DNA of 64,000 bases from a virus (Duplodnaviria > Heunggongvirae > Uroviricota > Caudoviricetes). Numbering within the stretch: position 1 is the first letter of the stretch; each line of letters starts with the position of its first letter. The notes beneath the pieces are model-generated. The model was not told where the DNA came from and searched no databases. It saw only the letters and a program-made list of their open reading frames with translations. The position numbers and the translations under genes were made by a program. Of this stretch, positions 42,968-53,565 are shown piece after piece. Where the stretch lies: the IMG/VR virus record IMGVR_UViG_3300023371_000071; one strand, written 5' to 3'.

Positions 42968-44425
42968 ATGGGAACTATTTTTACTATTGTTGGTATTGTT
43001 CTTGTTGTTGCGGTAATTGTGATTCTGGCGACTATGAGTTATGTCAAGTGTCCGCCTGACCACGCGTTCCTTATCTCTGGTCCTCGCAAGGACTTGAAGA
43101 TTATCAGCGGTAAGGCTGGTTTCCGCATCCCCTTCATCGAACGACTGGATAAGCTATATCTGGGTGCTATCGGTGTTGACGTAAAGACCCGAAGCGCAGT
43201 GCCGACTGCTGAATATATTAACGTTTTTGTTGATGCCAATGTTAATATTCGCGTTAGTTCTAAGCCCGAGCTTATGGCTGTTGCCGCAAAGAATTTCCTG
43301 AATCAAAAGCGTGAAGTTATTTCTGCTAAGGCGCAGGAAGTGTTGGAAGGTAACGTCCGTGAAATCATTGGTCAGATGAAGCTGACTGAGATGGTCAGCG
43401 ATCGTCAGAAGTTTGCCAAGATGGTTCTGGATAATGCTGCTCCTGATATGGCTGAACTTGGTCTGGAAATCGTTTCCTTCAATGTTCAGAACTTTAAGGA
43501 TGAAAATGGCGTTATTGATGACCTGGGTATCGACAACGTTGAGCAGATCAAGAAGAATGCTGCCATTGCTAAGTCTGACGCGAAGCGTGAAATCGCTATT
43601 CAGGAAGCTGAAAACCAGCGTCGTGCCAATGAAGCTCAGGTTCAGGCAGCTACTCAGATTGCCGAGCAGAACACTGCTCTGGATATGCGTGCCGCAGAAC
43701 TGAAGAGTCAGTCTGAAGTGAAGCGTGCGGCTGCTGATATGGCTTACGACATTCAGAAGGCTGATCAGAAGAAGGAACTGGACGTTGCAATGACCAATGC
43801 CAGCATCGCTCAGGCCGAGCGTGAAGTTGAGCTGCAGACCCAGAAGATCGCTCTGAAGGAAAAGGAACTGGACGCGCTAGTCCGCAAGGAAGCCGATGCT
43901 CAGCTGTATAAGACTCAGAAGATGGCTGAGGCTGAGCTGATTAAGCGTCAGAAGGATGCAGAAGCTAAGGCTTATGAAGAAGTCCAGAGAGCCGAAGCTG
44001 AACAGCGTGCGGCAGCTGCCCGTGCCGAAGCTATGAAGGCGGAAGCCGAAGCTCGCAAGTATGCGGCTGAACAAGAAGCTGCTGGTATTGCCGCTAAGTA
44101 CCAGGCAGAAGCCGATGGTATTCGTGCCAAGGGTCTTGCTGAGGCTGAAGGTATCGACAAGAAGGCCGAAGCCCAGAAGAAGATGGGTGAAGCCTCTGTT
44201 CTGGAAATGTACTTCCAGGCTATGCCTCTGATTGCCAAGGCTGTTGCTGAGCCTCTGTCCAATGTTGATTCCATCACCATGTACGGTGAAGGCAATCAGG
44301 CCAAGATGGTTCAGGATATCACCACTACCATGTCTCAGATCATGGCTGGTGTGAAGGATTCCACTGGTATTGACCCGCAGGCACTGCTTGCTGGCTTCAT
44401 CGGTGGTAAGGCTGCTCAGGAATAA
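42968..44425 (+). CDS. SPFH/band-7 (flotillin-like) protein with long C-terminal coiled coil
   Basis: N-terminal TM plus SPFH core, then EA/KA-rich coiled coil; AAAAAGGAG RBS. Confidence 0.7.
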   Translation: MGTIFTIVGIVLVVAVIVILATMSYVKCPPDHAFLISGPRKDLKIISGKAGFRIPFIERLDKLYLGAIGVDVKTRSAVPTAEYINVFVDANVNIRVSSKPELMAVAAKNFLNQKREVISAKAQEVLEGNVREIIGQMKLTEMVSDRQKFAKMVLDNAAPDMAELGLEIVSFNVQNFKDENGVIDDLGIDNVEQIKKNAAIAKSDAKREIAIQEAENQRRANEAQVQAATQIAEQNTALDMRAAELKSQSEVKRAAADMAYDIQKADQKKELDVAMTNASIAQAEREVELQTQKIALKEKELDALVRKEADAQLYKTQKMAEAELIKRQKDAEAKAYEEVQRAEAEQRAAAARAEAMKAEAEARKYAAEQEAAGIAAKYQAEADGIRAKGLAEAEGIDKKAEAQKKMGEASVLEMYFQAMPLIAKAVAEPLSNVDSITMYGEGNQAKMVQDITTTMSQIMAGVKDSTGIDPQALLAGFIGGKAAQE

Positions 44426-44462
44426 AATAAATAGGGCGAAGGGAAACCTTCGCCCTTTTCTT
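44426..44462 (+). terminator. intrinsic terminator
   Basis: gggcgaagggaaaccttcgccc hairpin then TTTTCTTTT. Confidence 0.65.
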
Positions 44463-44476
44463 TTAGGAGGATTTAT

Positions 44477-44665
44477 ATGACTGAATTGGATAAAAAGTTT
44501 CGACAGGAATATTATGATCTAAGTGCCAAGTATGAGGCAGAATGTAATCGAATTGATGAAGAGATTGCAAAATTGCACGAATATCGTATTAAATGCCGTG
44601 ACCAGTATATCGCAGACCTCCAACACCTAAAAGAAGAACATCTTGCTAAAGGAGGACACTTCTAA
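44477..44665 (+). CDS. small coiled-coil protein
   Basis: TTAGGAGG RBS. Confidence 0.4.
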   Translation: MTELDKKFRQEYYDLSAKYEAECNRIDEEIAKLHEYRIKCRDQYIADLQHLKEEHLAKGGHF

Positions 44666-44877
44666 TGGATATAGAGCGACGCAAGAAAATTATTGCTCTA
44701 AAAATAAATGACATATTAGCAAAACGCGATCAAAAAATTGACCTTATAAATGAGAAACAAAAAAAGTTGAATGCTGAACGTTCTGCTGTATATACCCAAT
44801 ATCAAATACATCTTGATGAATTACAAGAAGAATTAGACTCCCTCAACGGCCGTAGTTTCGGAAAATCACACCCATAG
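44665..44877 (+). CDS. small coiled-coil protein (only TAG-terminated ORF found)
   Basis: coupled ATG; ends at TAG 44875..44877. Confidence 0.35.
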   Translation: MDIERRKKIIALKINDILAKRDQKIDLINEKQKKLNAERSAVYTQYQIHLDELQEELDSLNGRSFGKSHP

Positions 44878-44897
44878 AAAAATTTTGAGCAAATTGG

Positions 44898-44926
44898 TTG
44901 ACACAAGTGAAAAATTATTTTATAAT
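44898..44926 (+). promoter_or_regulatory. sigma70-consensus promoter (TTGACA-17-TATAAT)
   Basis: ttgacacaagtgaaaaattattttataat; differs from the phage cassette. Confidence 0.5.
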
Positions 44927-44963
44927 ATAAATAGGATAAACTAAAAGCAAAGGAGTTTATTTT

Positions 44964-45431
44964 ATGATTAACGATAGCCGAACGCATTTCTCCTATGATC
45001 CAGAGACTCATACAACGTACTGTGAGCGAGAAGGGAAACATACTCGCTTCTATGGTTCTGCTCGTTGTCATCCCAACGATTGGGAATTTGAGTCTAAGTT
45101 AGTAGGAGAACATTACGCATATACCCGCTCTATGATTGAAGAGCTTGTCGCTAACCGTAATGAACTGCGAGCTGAATTAAAGGTGCTTAAGCATCTATAT
45201 AATATCTTGGAACAAAATCCAAGAGTACATTATGATTCTATTGAATGTTTTACCATCCGTAAACAGATGAAAAATATTGAACGTGATCTTGCTGATGTGC
45301 GCGATTTGATTCGTACCACTAAGCAAGAGATGCGTGAAATGATGGAAGCTAAGGATGAGTTTTATAAAAAGCTGCGAAAGGTGAGGGAAGAAAATGCCAA
45401 TGCAAAAACCGAGAATAGCGTTCACAGCTAA
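44964..45431 (+). CDS. hypothetical protein
   Basis: AAAGGAG RBS; 155 aa. Confidence 0.5.
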   Translation: MINDSRTHFSYDPETHTTYCEREGKHTRFYGSARCHPNDWEFESKLVGEHYAYTRSMIEELVANRNELRAELKVLKHLYNILEQNPRVHYDSIECFTIRKQMKNIERDLADVRDLIRTTKQEMREMMEAKDEFYKKLRKVREENANAKTENSVHS

Positions 45432-45804
45432 TGCTTTTGTTCATGCACTACAAACATATGGAGAAAATTTGTTTGAATTGATTCCTGTGCATGGAAAATT
45501 GTTTGTTGATGAAAATACTCTATGCGGACATAGAGAAATTGTTCGTGCTCATTTAGATGATACATGGATCAAACCTATTATTCACCACTGGTTTGAAATT
45601 GAATCTCCACCACCTTTCGGCTATACCGATGAAATTTCAATGATTGCAAAATTATCTGAAATTTATCCAGATAATGTTATTGTTGTAGTCGATAAATTGC
45701 GGGAATATTCTCGTTTAAATCGTGAATATGCCAACGATGAACTATATAATACAGAAGATCTTTGGAATTTAATTGAGGAGGCAAAAAAGAATAATGCTCA
45801 CTGA
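45394..45804 (+). CDS. hypothetical protein
   Basis: 136-aa ORF overlapping both neighbours. Confidence 0.4.
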   Translation: MPMQKPRIAFTANAFVHALQTYGENLFELIPVHGKLFVDENTLCGHREIVRAHLDDTWIKPIIHHWFEIESPPPFGYTDEISMIAKLSEIYPDNVIVVVDKLREYSRLNREYANDELYNTEDLWNLIEEAKKNNAH

Positions 45805-47434
45805 TATTGAAATCGCACAGAAATCAGAAATGTTACCTATTTCTGACATTATGTATCAACTGAATAAGTATAATTATGAGCCATATGGAAAATATAAGGC
45901 TAAATTGAAATATGATGATTTTGGCGACAAGAAAGGTAAGTTAATTCTTGTTACTGCAATGAACCCTACCCCTATGGGTGAAGGTAAAACTACTATGAGC
46001 ATTGGTCTTGCCGATGGTTTACGTCAAATTGGCGAAGATTCTATTCTTGCTCTACGTGAGCCTTCTCTTGGCCCTGTGTTTGGTTTAAAAGGCGGTGCCG
46101 CCGGTGGTGGATACGCACAGGTCGTTCCCATGGAGGATATTAATCTACACTTCACTGGTGACTTACATGCCATTGAAAATGCGAATAATCTACTCGCCGC
46201 AATGATTGATAATCATATTTATCAAGGTAATGCTCTCAATATTCAAAAAGTAACTTGGCGTCGCTGCATGGATATGAATGATCGTCAGTTACGCAATATT
46301 ACTTCTGGTCTTGGCGCAAAAACGGATGGTGTACCAAGAGATGATGGATTTGATATCACTGTAGCTTCTGAAGTTATGGCCATCTTCTGTTTAGCTAACA
46401 ATTTGGAAGAGTTAAAGCTCAGTCTGGGTGAAATTATTATTGGCTATAATGGCGATGGAATGCCTGTATATGCCAAAGAACTCAAGGCTGAAGGTGCTAT
46501 GACAGCTTTGCTCAAGGATGCTTTTAATCCTAATATTGTACAGACTCTTGAGCATACTCCCGCGATTATCCATGGTGGACCTTTTGCTAATATTGCGCAC
46601 GGTTGTAATAGTATCGTAGCCACTAAATTAGCTATGAGTCTTGCAGATTATGTTGTAACTGAAGCTGGTTTTGGCGCAGATCTTGGTGCAGAAAAATTCC
46701 TTGATATTAAGTGCCCTCGTGCTGGAATCACACCTAATGCTATTGTAATTGTAGCCACTACCAAGGCTATTAAGTATAATGGCGGCATCCATAAGGATCA
46801 TGTAAAAGAACCTAATATGGAAGCAATGCAAAAGGGAATTGTGAATCTTCAACATCATGTAAAGACAATGCAAAGCTATGGCGTTCCTGTTATTGTCGCA
46901 ATTAATAAATATGATACTGATCTTGAAGAAGAATTGAATTATATTATTAAAAATTGCGGTGCAGATTGTGCTATTTGTACTGCCCACGCAGAAGGTGGAA
47001 AGGGCGCGACGAACCTTGCTCATATGGTGCTTAATGCCTTGAAAGAGAATGTCACTCTTAATCATCCTTATGATGTAACTTTTGATAATGGAAATATTTT
47101 CAAAAAGATGGAAGATTTGGCATATAAGTTCTATGGTGCTGGTAGTATTGTTTGGTCTTCAAAAGCAGCACTTGCAATGCGAGATTTTGAGCGACTTGGT
47201 TGCGGACATTACCCTATTTGTGTAGCTAAAACCCAGTATAGTATCAGTGATAATGCCCAACTCTTGGGTGAACCAAAAGATTTTCCAATTGAAATTCGAG
47301 ATTTAATTTTGTGTCATGGAGCAGGTTTTATTGTTGCCGTCTGCGGCAAGATTATGCGCATGCCCGGTCTCCCGAAGATTCCGGCGGCAGAAAATATTGA
47401 TGTTGTAAATGGTAAAATTGTTGGACTATTCTAA
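45794..47434 (+). CDS. fhs: formate--tetrahydrofolate ligase (FTHFS)
   Basis: MLTDIEIAQ N-terminus and PTPMGEGKTT signature; ~546 aa; GAGGAGG RBS. Confidence 0.85.
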   Translation: MLTDIEIAQKSEMLPISDIMYQLNKYNYEPYGKYKAKLKYDDFGDKKGKLILVTAMNPTPMGEGKTTMSIGLADGLRQIGEDSILALREPSLGPVFGLKGGAAGGGYAQVVPMEDINLHFTGDLHAIENANNLLAAMIDNHIYQGNALNIQKVTWRRCMDMNDRQLRNITSGLGAKTDGVPRDDGFDITVASEVMAIFCLANNLEELKLSLGEIIIGYNGDGMPVYAKELKAEGAMTALLKDAFNPNIVQTLEHTPAIIHGGPFANIAHGCNSIVATKLAMSLADYVVTEAGFGADLGAEKFLDIKCPRAGITPNAIVIVATTKAIKYNGGIHKDHVKEPNMEAMQKGIVNLQHHVKTMQSYGVPVIVAINKYDTDLEEELNYIIKNCGADCAICTAHAEGGKGATNLAHMVLNALKENVTLNHPYDVTFDNGNIFKKMEDLAYKFYGAGSIVWSSKAALAMRDFERLGCGHYPICVAKTQYSISDNAQLLGEPKDFPIEIRDLILCHGAGFIVAVCGKIMRMPGLPKIPAAENIDVVNGKIVGLF

Positions 47435-47435
47435 T

Positions 47436-47470
47436 ATACAGCCCGAGGTAACTCGGGCTTCTTTTATCCC
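47436..47470 (+). terminator. intrinsic terminator
   Basis: gcccgaggtaactcgggc hairpin then TTCTTTT. Confidence 0.55.
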
Positions 47471-47488
47471 AGATTTCCTCTGAATTTG

Positions 47489-47540
47489 CTTGATTTTTTC
47501 TAAAAAATATGATATAATATATATGTAAGATAAAAAGGAG
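47489..47540 (+). promoter_or_regulatory. phage promoter cassette copy upstream of the topoisomerase genes
   Basis: cttgattttttctaaaaaatatgatataatatatatgtaagataaaaagg. Confidence 0.6.
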
Positions 47541-47547
47541 GGAAAAT

Positions 47548-49452
47548 ATGGCTGTTGATTATGGTGTAAAAGATATTCAGACACTTGAAGGCATAGAAGC
47601 AATTCGCTTACGCCCCGGTATGTATATCGGTAGTGTCGGTCCTGAGGGTGTTCGCCATATCACTCTCGAAATTATTTCAAATGCTGTTGACGAATATTTG
47701 AATGGTGCATGTAATCGTGTTGTTGTATCTTATAGCACGGAGGAAAATCTGGTTCGTGTTATTGATAATGGACGTGGTGTGCCATTCGGAAAAGCAGAAG
47801 ATGGCAGTGAAACTCTTGTAAATATTTATACAAAACTGCATACAGGTGCAAAATTTGACAGCGAAGGCAAAACTGGATATAATACATCTGGTGGTATGAA
47901 CGGTGTTGGTGCAAAAGCGACCAACGCTCTATCTAAGATGTTTTCTGTTCAGTCTGTGCGCGATGGACAAATTGCAACTGCGGTATTTAAACAGGGTGAA
48001 TTAGTTGATTATAAGGTAGCTAAGGCTACTAATGATCAGACAACTGGTACCATGGTACAATTTATTCCTGATCCTGAAATTTTCAAAGAAGGTACCGCTC
48101 TTGATATTAACCTTCTGCGGAAACAGCTTCAGGAACTCGCTTTCCTCTCTCCTGGGCTCACGTTTGTTCTGCGAGTCGATAGCAATACGGAAGAAATTGC
48201 GAGCAAAAATGGGCTGCTCGATTATCTGGACTACCTTGCAAAAGATCGTGGCAATTTGACCTCAAAGTTTTACGCGGAAACAAACGAAGGTCGTATCGGT
48301 GTTAAGATCGCAATGATGTATTGTGATCAGTATACTGACTCTTATAAGCTGTATACTAACTCTATCCCAAATAGTGGCGGTACGCATCTGACTGGTTTCC
48401 GTACAGCTCTGACTGCAACTGTTAACCAGTATGCAAGAGCAAAGAATCTTTTGAAAGAGAAAGATGAAAACTTCACTGGTGATGACCTTAAAGAAGGTCT
48501 TGTGTTAATTCTTTCTTTGACTATGCCTGATCCTGTATTCTCTGGTCAGACTAAGGATACTTTGAGTTCTGCGGAAGGACGCACAATTGTTCAGCGTCTG
48601 TGTGCACAATCTTTGATGACTTGGCTGAATGCAAATGAAAAAGACGCCAAGGCAATTATTAACAAGGCTCTGCTTGCGCGTAAAGCAAGAGAGAATGCAA
48701 GGAAGGCGAAAGAAAATGTTCGAAACGCCGCTGCAAAAACTAGCAGAGCTGTGCTCCCGGGCAAACTCGCTGACTGCAGTTCAAAATCTCGCTCCGATTG
48801 CGAAATCTTTATCGTTGAGGGAGACAGCGCTGCAGGAACTGCGAAGGAAGCAAGAGATAGAGGAACTCAAGCGATCCTGCCAGTACGAGGAAAAATCCTC
48901 AATACTCTCAAATGTGACCTCCATAAGGCAATGGGAAATGCAGAAATCCAAGGAATGATTACTGCTTTTGGATTGGAAATTAAGGATAATAAGATTACTT
49001 TGAATGAAGATAAGCTTCGTTATGGTAAGATTATTATCATGGCCGATGCTGACGTCGATGGTAGTCATATTCGTATTCTGTTCTTCACTTTCATTTGGAA
49101 ATTCTGTCCTGAGTTGATTGAGAAGGGCTATATCTATGCAGCTGTTCCTCCTCTGTATCGTATTATTCAGGGTAAAAAGTCTTTCTACTTGAAAGATGAT
49201 GCTGCACTTGAAGAGTTCCGTAAGACTGCAAATTCTAGCTATGAAGTCCGTCGATTCAAAGGTCTGGGCGAACAGAATGCAGAAGAGCTGGCTGAGTCTA
49301 CCATGGAACCTGGCAATCGTATCCTAAAGCAGATCACTATGGATGATGCAATTGCGGCGAGCATGACTTTTAACAATCTTATGGGTGAGTCTGCGACTCT
49401 TCGTAAGAAATTTATTGAGGAGAATGCATTCCGTGCGAATCTCGACATCTAA
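47548..49452 (+). CDS. type IIA topoisomerase ATPase/Toprim subunit (GyrB/ParE, T4 gp39-like)
   Basis: GHKL motif ISNAVDEY, GxGxG, Toprim EGDSAAG, DVDGSH. Confidence 0.8.
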   Translation: MAVDYGVKDIQTLEGIEAIRLRPGMYIGSVGPEGVRHITLEIISNAVDEYLNGACNRVVVSYSTEENLVRVIDNGRGVPFGKAEDGSETLVNIYTKLHTGAKFDSEGKTGYNTSGGMNGVGAKATNALSKMFSVQSVRDGQIATAVFKQGELVDYKVAKATNDQTTGTMVQFIPDPEIFKEGTALDINLLRKQLQELAFLSPGLTFVLRVDSNTEEIASKNGLLDYLDYLAKDRGNLTSKFYAETNEGRIGVKIAMMYCDQYTDSYKLYTNSIPNSGGTHLTGFRTALTATVNQYARAKNLLKEKDENFTGDDLKEGLVLILSLTMPDPVFSGQTKDTLSSAEGRTIVQRLCAQSLMTWLNANEKDAKAIINKALLARKARENARKAKENVRNAAAKTSRAVLPGKLADCSSKSRSDCEIFIVEGDSAAGTAKEARDRGTQAILPVRGKILNTLKCDLHKAMGNAEIQGMITAFGLEIKDNKITLNEDKLRYGKIIIMADADVDGSHIRILFFTFIWKFCPELIEKGYIYAAVPPLYRIIQGKKSFYLKDDAALEEFRKTANSSYEVRRFKGLGEQNAEELAESTMEPGNRILKQITMDDAIAASMTFNNLMGESATLRKKFIEENAFRANLDI

Positions 49453-49617
49453 TTTAGGTCGATGCCAGCAATGTGGAGTGGGCATTTTAACCTTATTTAA
49501 AATAAATAAAACCATTCTTGATACAGAAACAAAAGAATGGATTATTTTCGGCGAGATAAAATGCCCTGATTGTGGAGCAGAATTTATATGTGAGCTTAAA
49601 GGAGTTTCGTTTCTATT

Positions 49618-50247
49618 ATGACGATTGCATATGTAAAAAATATGAGCAAAAAGTTTTGGGGACACTTGCGGACGGTTCAGACCCACCGCAAGTGGGTCCG
49701 CCATTACTGTTTTGCATTGGACATGCCGATTCAGGGTATTCTGCACGACCTTTCTAAATATAGTCCTGTTGAATTTTGGGAAGGCGTAAAATATTGGCAG
49801 GGCAACCGCTCTCCTATTGATGCTTGCAAGGAAATCAATGGTTATTCTATGGCTTGGTTCCATCATCGCGGCCGCAACAAGCATCATTATGAATATTGGT
49901 GTGACAACTTTGATAAGGGTTGTACCACTAATTTGATGCCGAAAAAATATTTTATGGAGCTGGTTGCTGACTATCTTGGTGCTGGTCATGCATATTATGG
50001 TGATGATTTCACTTTCACCAAAGAGTATGAGTGGTGGCAGAACAAGAGGAAGAATCCTCTCAAGATGGACGAGCGTCAGCTTGTAATGTTGGATACTATT
50101 TTCCGCAGTCTTGCGGAAATGGAAGATCCTCGTTGGACGACCATGTGGAATAATATGACTCCTGAAGAGTATCTTGCAAGTCCGAGCGGTCGTATGATGA
50201 TTGAAAATGTATATGAAATGCACAAGGATGGAGTAAAATATGATTGA
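49618..50247 (+). CDS. hypothetical protein
   Basis: 209-aa ORF. Confidence 0.45.
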   Translation: MTIAYVKNMSKKFWGHLRTVQTHRKWVRHYCFALDMPIQGILHDLSKYSPVEFWEGVKYWQGNRSPIDACKEINGYSMAWFHHRGRNKHHYEYWCDNFDKGCTTNLMPKKYFMELVADYLGAGHAYYGDDFTFTKEYEWWQNKRKNPLKMDERQLVMLDTIFRSLAEMEDPRWTTMWNNMTPEEYLASPSGRMMIENVYEMHKDGVKYD

Positions 50248-50836
50248 GATCTATACTGATGGCAGTGCCTCCAAAAATCGTTCTGGTTGGGGTTTTGTTG
50301 CCCTGGTAGACGGTGCCAAAGTGTACGAAAGAGCTGGCACCGAACATCAGGGAGACACCAATCAAAAGATGGAGATTATTGCGGTCATGGAGGCTTGCGA
50401 TTGGGCAGCTAATTGTGAGTATATTCATGATCACGACGTAACCATTTATTCTGATAGCGCATATGTTATTAACTGTTTTAAAGATAAATGGTTTGTTAAC
50501 TGGGAAAATAATGGTTGGAAGAATGCAAAAGGAGAAACCATTGCTAATCTTTTGGAATGGAGATTTCTAATTAAGTTCTTCAAAATGCCCAACTTTAATT
50601 TTGAAAAAGTAAAAGGTCATGCTGGTCATATTCATAATGAACGTGCAGACTCTCTTGCTCAAGGTAAGGTTGAGCCAGATGCAAACACTTACTTGACAAA
50701 CAGTAAAAAAAATGATAGAATATATATTGAAGTAAGTGATATTTTCCTCAATTATGCAATGAAGAAAATCACTATTAAAGATGCAGTAATGAAAGTGGTA
50801 GAAATTATAAAAAGGGAGGGAAATATTGATGAATGA
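50240..50836 (+). CDS. ribonuclease H (RNase HI type)
   Basis: IYTDGS...EIIAV...YSDS...KGHAGHIHNERADSLA matches the catalytic D-E-D-H-D pattern. Confidence 0.75.
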   Translation: MIEIYTDGSASKNRSGWGFVALVDGAKVYERAGTEHQGDTNQKMEIIAVMEACDWAANCEYIHDHDVTIYSDSAYVINCFKDKWFVNWENNGWKNAKGETIANLLEWRFLIKFFKMPNFNFEKVKGHAGHIHNERADSLAQGKVEPDANTYLTNSKKNDRIYIEVSDIFLNYAMKKITIKDAVMKVVEIIKREGNIDE

Positions 50837-53204
50837 TAATATTGTTCTTACTCCTGTAGTGGGAGAAGTAGAGCAATCATTTCTCGACTATTCTCTTTCT
50901 GTCATTACAGATCGTGCAATTCCGGCAGTAGAAGATGGTTTAAAACCGGTTATGCGTCGTATTCTGTGGGAAATGCAGGAAGATGGCTTGGCGAGCAATA
51001 AACAGTATGTCAAGTGTGCAACTCCTGTTGGTAACACAATGGCTAAATATCATCCTCATGGTGATAGTTCAATTTATGGTGCTCTTGTTCATGCTTCACA
51101 GCCTTGGACTATGAGATACCCTCTAATTGATTTTCACGGTAATAATGGTTCAAGAGATGGTGATGGACCTGCGGCACATCGTTATACTGAGTGTCGTCTA
51201 AGTCAAATTGCTGAATCTACTCTTGAACATATTAAAAAGAACACTGTAGATTGGATTCCCAATTATAGTGAAACTGGTGAGGAGCCTGTTTATCTGCCAG
51301 GTCGATTCCCCAATCTACTTTGTAATGGTACTACTGGTATTGCAGTTGCTATGGCTTGTTCTTTTGCTCCGCATAATCTGAATGAAGTCATGGAAGCCGC
51401 ACAAAAGGTTTTGACTGGCGATTATACTGAAGATGAACTTCTTGAGTGTATCAAAGGCCCTGATTTTCCTACTGGCGGTATTATTGTAAATCAGAAAGAA
51501 CTGCGTGATGCATATCGAACTGGCAAGGGTCGAGTGCGTATTCGTGGTGAATATCATGTGGAATCCAAGAGCGGGCGTGATACTCTTGTTTTTGATTCCA
51601 TTCCATATAAGATTTCTAAGGAAAACCTCATTCTTGAAATCGACACTTTGTGTGAAGAGAAGAAGATTGAAGGTATTACAGAAATCAGAGACGAAAGTAA
51701 TAAAAAGGGCGTACGATTTGTCATTGAACTTGCAAAAGGCATTAATGGCGACGTAATTGCTAATAAGTTATATCGTCTCACAGAGCTTGAAACTACATAT
51801 AGCATCAATCAAGTTGCTCTTGTAGATAAAACTCCTAGACTGCTGAGTTTTAAGACTCTTGTTGAAAAATACGTTGAACATCAAGAAGATGTTTTTCTGC
51901 GTCGTTTAAATTATGAACTTGAAAAGCTGAAAGATCGTATTCATATCCTTCATGGTCTGGCAAAAGCGGTTGAAGATATTGATCATGTAATTCAGTTGAT
52001 CAAGAGTGCAGAAAATTCTACTGACGCTAGCGTAAAACTGCGCGCCAAATATGGATTTACTGAAGTGCAGGCTAAAGCAATCTTGGATATGAAGCTGAGC
52101 AAGTTGGCTCATACTGAAAAGATTGCGATTGAAAATGAGCTAGAAGAGAAACAGAAAAAGGCTGACGCATTGATTATTTTGATTGAAAATCGTGCGGCTC
52201 GCTGTGTAGCTCTTTCTGGTGAGTTTACAGAGTTTGCTAAGAAGTTTGGTGACGCTCGTAGAACTACTGTAACTAACATTGAAATGACCGCGGAAGAAAA
52301 AGAAGTTGCGGAAATTGTTCCTGAGAATTGCGTAGTTGTGATTACTGAAGCTGGTAATATTAAACGCATTCCTGCCACTTCTTATCGTACTCAAAAGAGA
52401 AATGGTAAAGGTATTAAGAATCAGGATGAAGTAATTCAGAATGTAATTAAGACTAATACTATTGATAACCTGATGGTGTTCTCTTCTTTTGGTAAGGTAT
52501 ATCGACTTGCGGTAAATGATGTGCCAGTCGGCACTAATGCAACTCGTGGTACTTCTATTGAGACTCTTGTTGCCATGGATGTCGGTGAGAAATTTGTAAC
52601 TTTGGCTTCTGTTGATCGCACTGCACCGAATGGTCAGTATGTGTGGTTCATTACTAAAAATGGTGTAATCAAAAAGACTGGTTTGTCTGAATATGCTGGC
52701 ATGAAGCGCAAGACTGGTGTTATTGCGACGACTCTGCGCGAGGGTGATAGTCTGGTTAAGGTGTTTGTTGCTCCTGATTCTCAGCTGATTGTGTTCACCA
52801 AAAATGGTATGGGATTAAGATTTGATGGTAAAAATGTCAGTGCATCTTCTCGTACTTCTATTGGTGTTAAAGCAATCAACATGAATGAGGGTGATTCTGT
52901 TGCAGATGTTGTGTATCTTTCTGGAGAGAAGGATATTATGATTTTTGCTCAGAATGGCATAGCTAAGAGAATACCATTGAGTGAATTTGTCTTACAGAAT
53001 CGTGCAGGCAAGGGTTTAATTTGTCACAAACCTGGCGATGTGGTTGCGGCATGTCCTGTAAATGATGATCATATGATGCTTGTTGTTGGTGATGTAACAA
53101 GTATTTGTATTTCTGCTTCTGATGTAACCGAAGGTAGCCGAGCAACTCAAGGCGTAATGGTTATTAAAGGAAGTAATATTCTTGGAGTAGCGAGGATTAA
53201 TTAA
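50829..53204 (+). CDS. type IIA topoisomerase DNA-cleavage subunit (GyrA/ParC, T4 gp52-like)
   Basis: active-site HRYTECRLS (compare AAMRYTE), 792 aa. Confidence 0.8.
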   Translation: MNDNIVLTPVVGEVEQSFLDYSLSVITDRAIPAVEDGLKPVMRRILWEMQEDGLASNKQYVKCATPVGNTMAKYHPHGDSSIYGALVHASQPWTMRYPLIDFHGNNGSRDGDGPAAHRYTECRLSQIAESTLEHIKKNTVDWIPNYSETGEEPVYLPGRFPNLLCNGTTGIAVAMACSFAPHNLNEVMEAAQKVLTGDYTEDELLECIKGPDFPTGGIIVNQKELRDAYRTGKGRVRIRGEYHVESKSGRDTLVFDSIPYKISKENLILEIDTLCEEKKIEGITEIRDESNKKGVRFVIELAKGINGDVIANKLYRLTELETTYSINQVALVDKTPRLLSFKTLVEKYVEHQEDVFLRRLNYELEKLKDRIHILHGLAKAVEDIDHVIQLIKSAENSTDASVKLRAKYGFTEVQAKAILDMKLSKLAHTEKIAIENELEEKQKKADALIILIENRAARCVALSGEFTEFAKKFGDARRTTVTNIEMTAEEKEVAEIVPENCVVVITEAGNIKRIPATSYRTQKRNGKGIKNQDEVIQNVIKTNTIDNLMVFSSFGKVYRLAVNDVPVGTNATRGTSIETLVAMDVGEKFVTLASVDRTAPNGQYVWFITKNGVIKKTGLSEYAGMKRKTGVIATTLREGDSLVKVFVAPDSQLIVFTKNGMGLRFDGKNVSASSRTSIGVKAINMNEGDSVADVVYLSGEKDIMIFAQNGIAKRIPLSEFVLQNRAGKGLICHKPGDVVAACPVNDDHMMLVVGDVTSICISASDVTEGSRATQGVMVIKGSNILGVARIN

Positions 53205-53564
53205 ATGAGAAAAATGATGATTTCTGATGAATATTGGTTTGAAACGGCTGAGCTATATGTTGATGCTCAGCGAGTAATCGCAACAATTTATTTGATTGAA
53301 GCGATGCCTGATTGGATGGAAGAGATTACGCATCATTATCGAGACATTCTTGTGCGTCACATTTGTGAAAAACGTGGTTTTGATATTGATGTAAATCCTG
53401 AGTACTATGAAATTCTCGAAGATGTACTTTGTGAAAAGATGGTAAATGATTGTGAGCCATATCACGAAGAGCGCCCTAATCGCGCACCAGATTGTAGAGA
53501 GTATGTTGAAGAGTTGTATCAATATTTGATGGAGCTGCCTATTGTATTTACCGAAGGAGAATAA
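53205..53564 (+). CDS. hypothetical protein
   Basis: 119-aa ORF. Confidence 0.4.
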   Translation: MRKMMISDEYWFETAELYVDAQRVIATIYLIEAMPDWMEEITHHYRDILVRHICEKRGFDIDVNPEYYEILEDVLCEKMVNDCEPYHEERPNRAPDCREYVEELYQYLMELPIVFTEGE

Positions 53565-53565
53565 T

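Noticed and set aside
49385-49621. 78-aa zinc-ribbon ORF overlapping the GyrB 3' end
   Set aside because: The only ATG start overlaps gyrB by ~68 nt with no RBS. The alternative GTG start leaves a 47-aa peptide. This is plausible but unsupported, so it is not listed.
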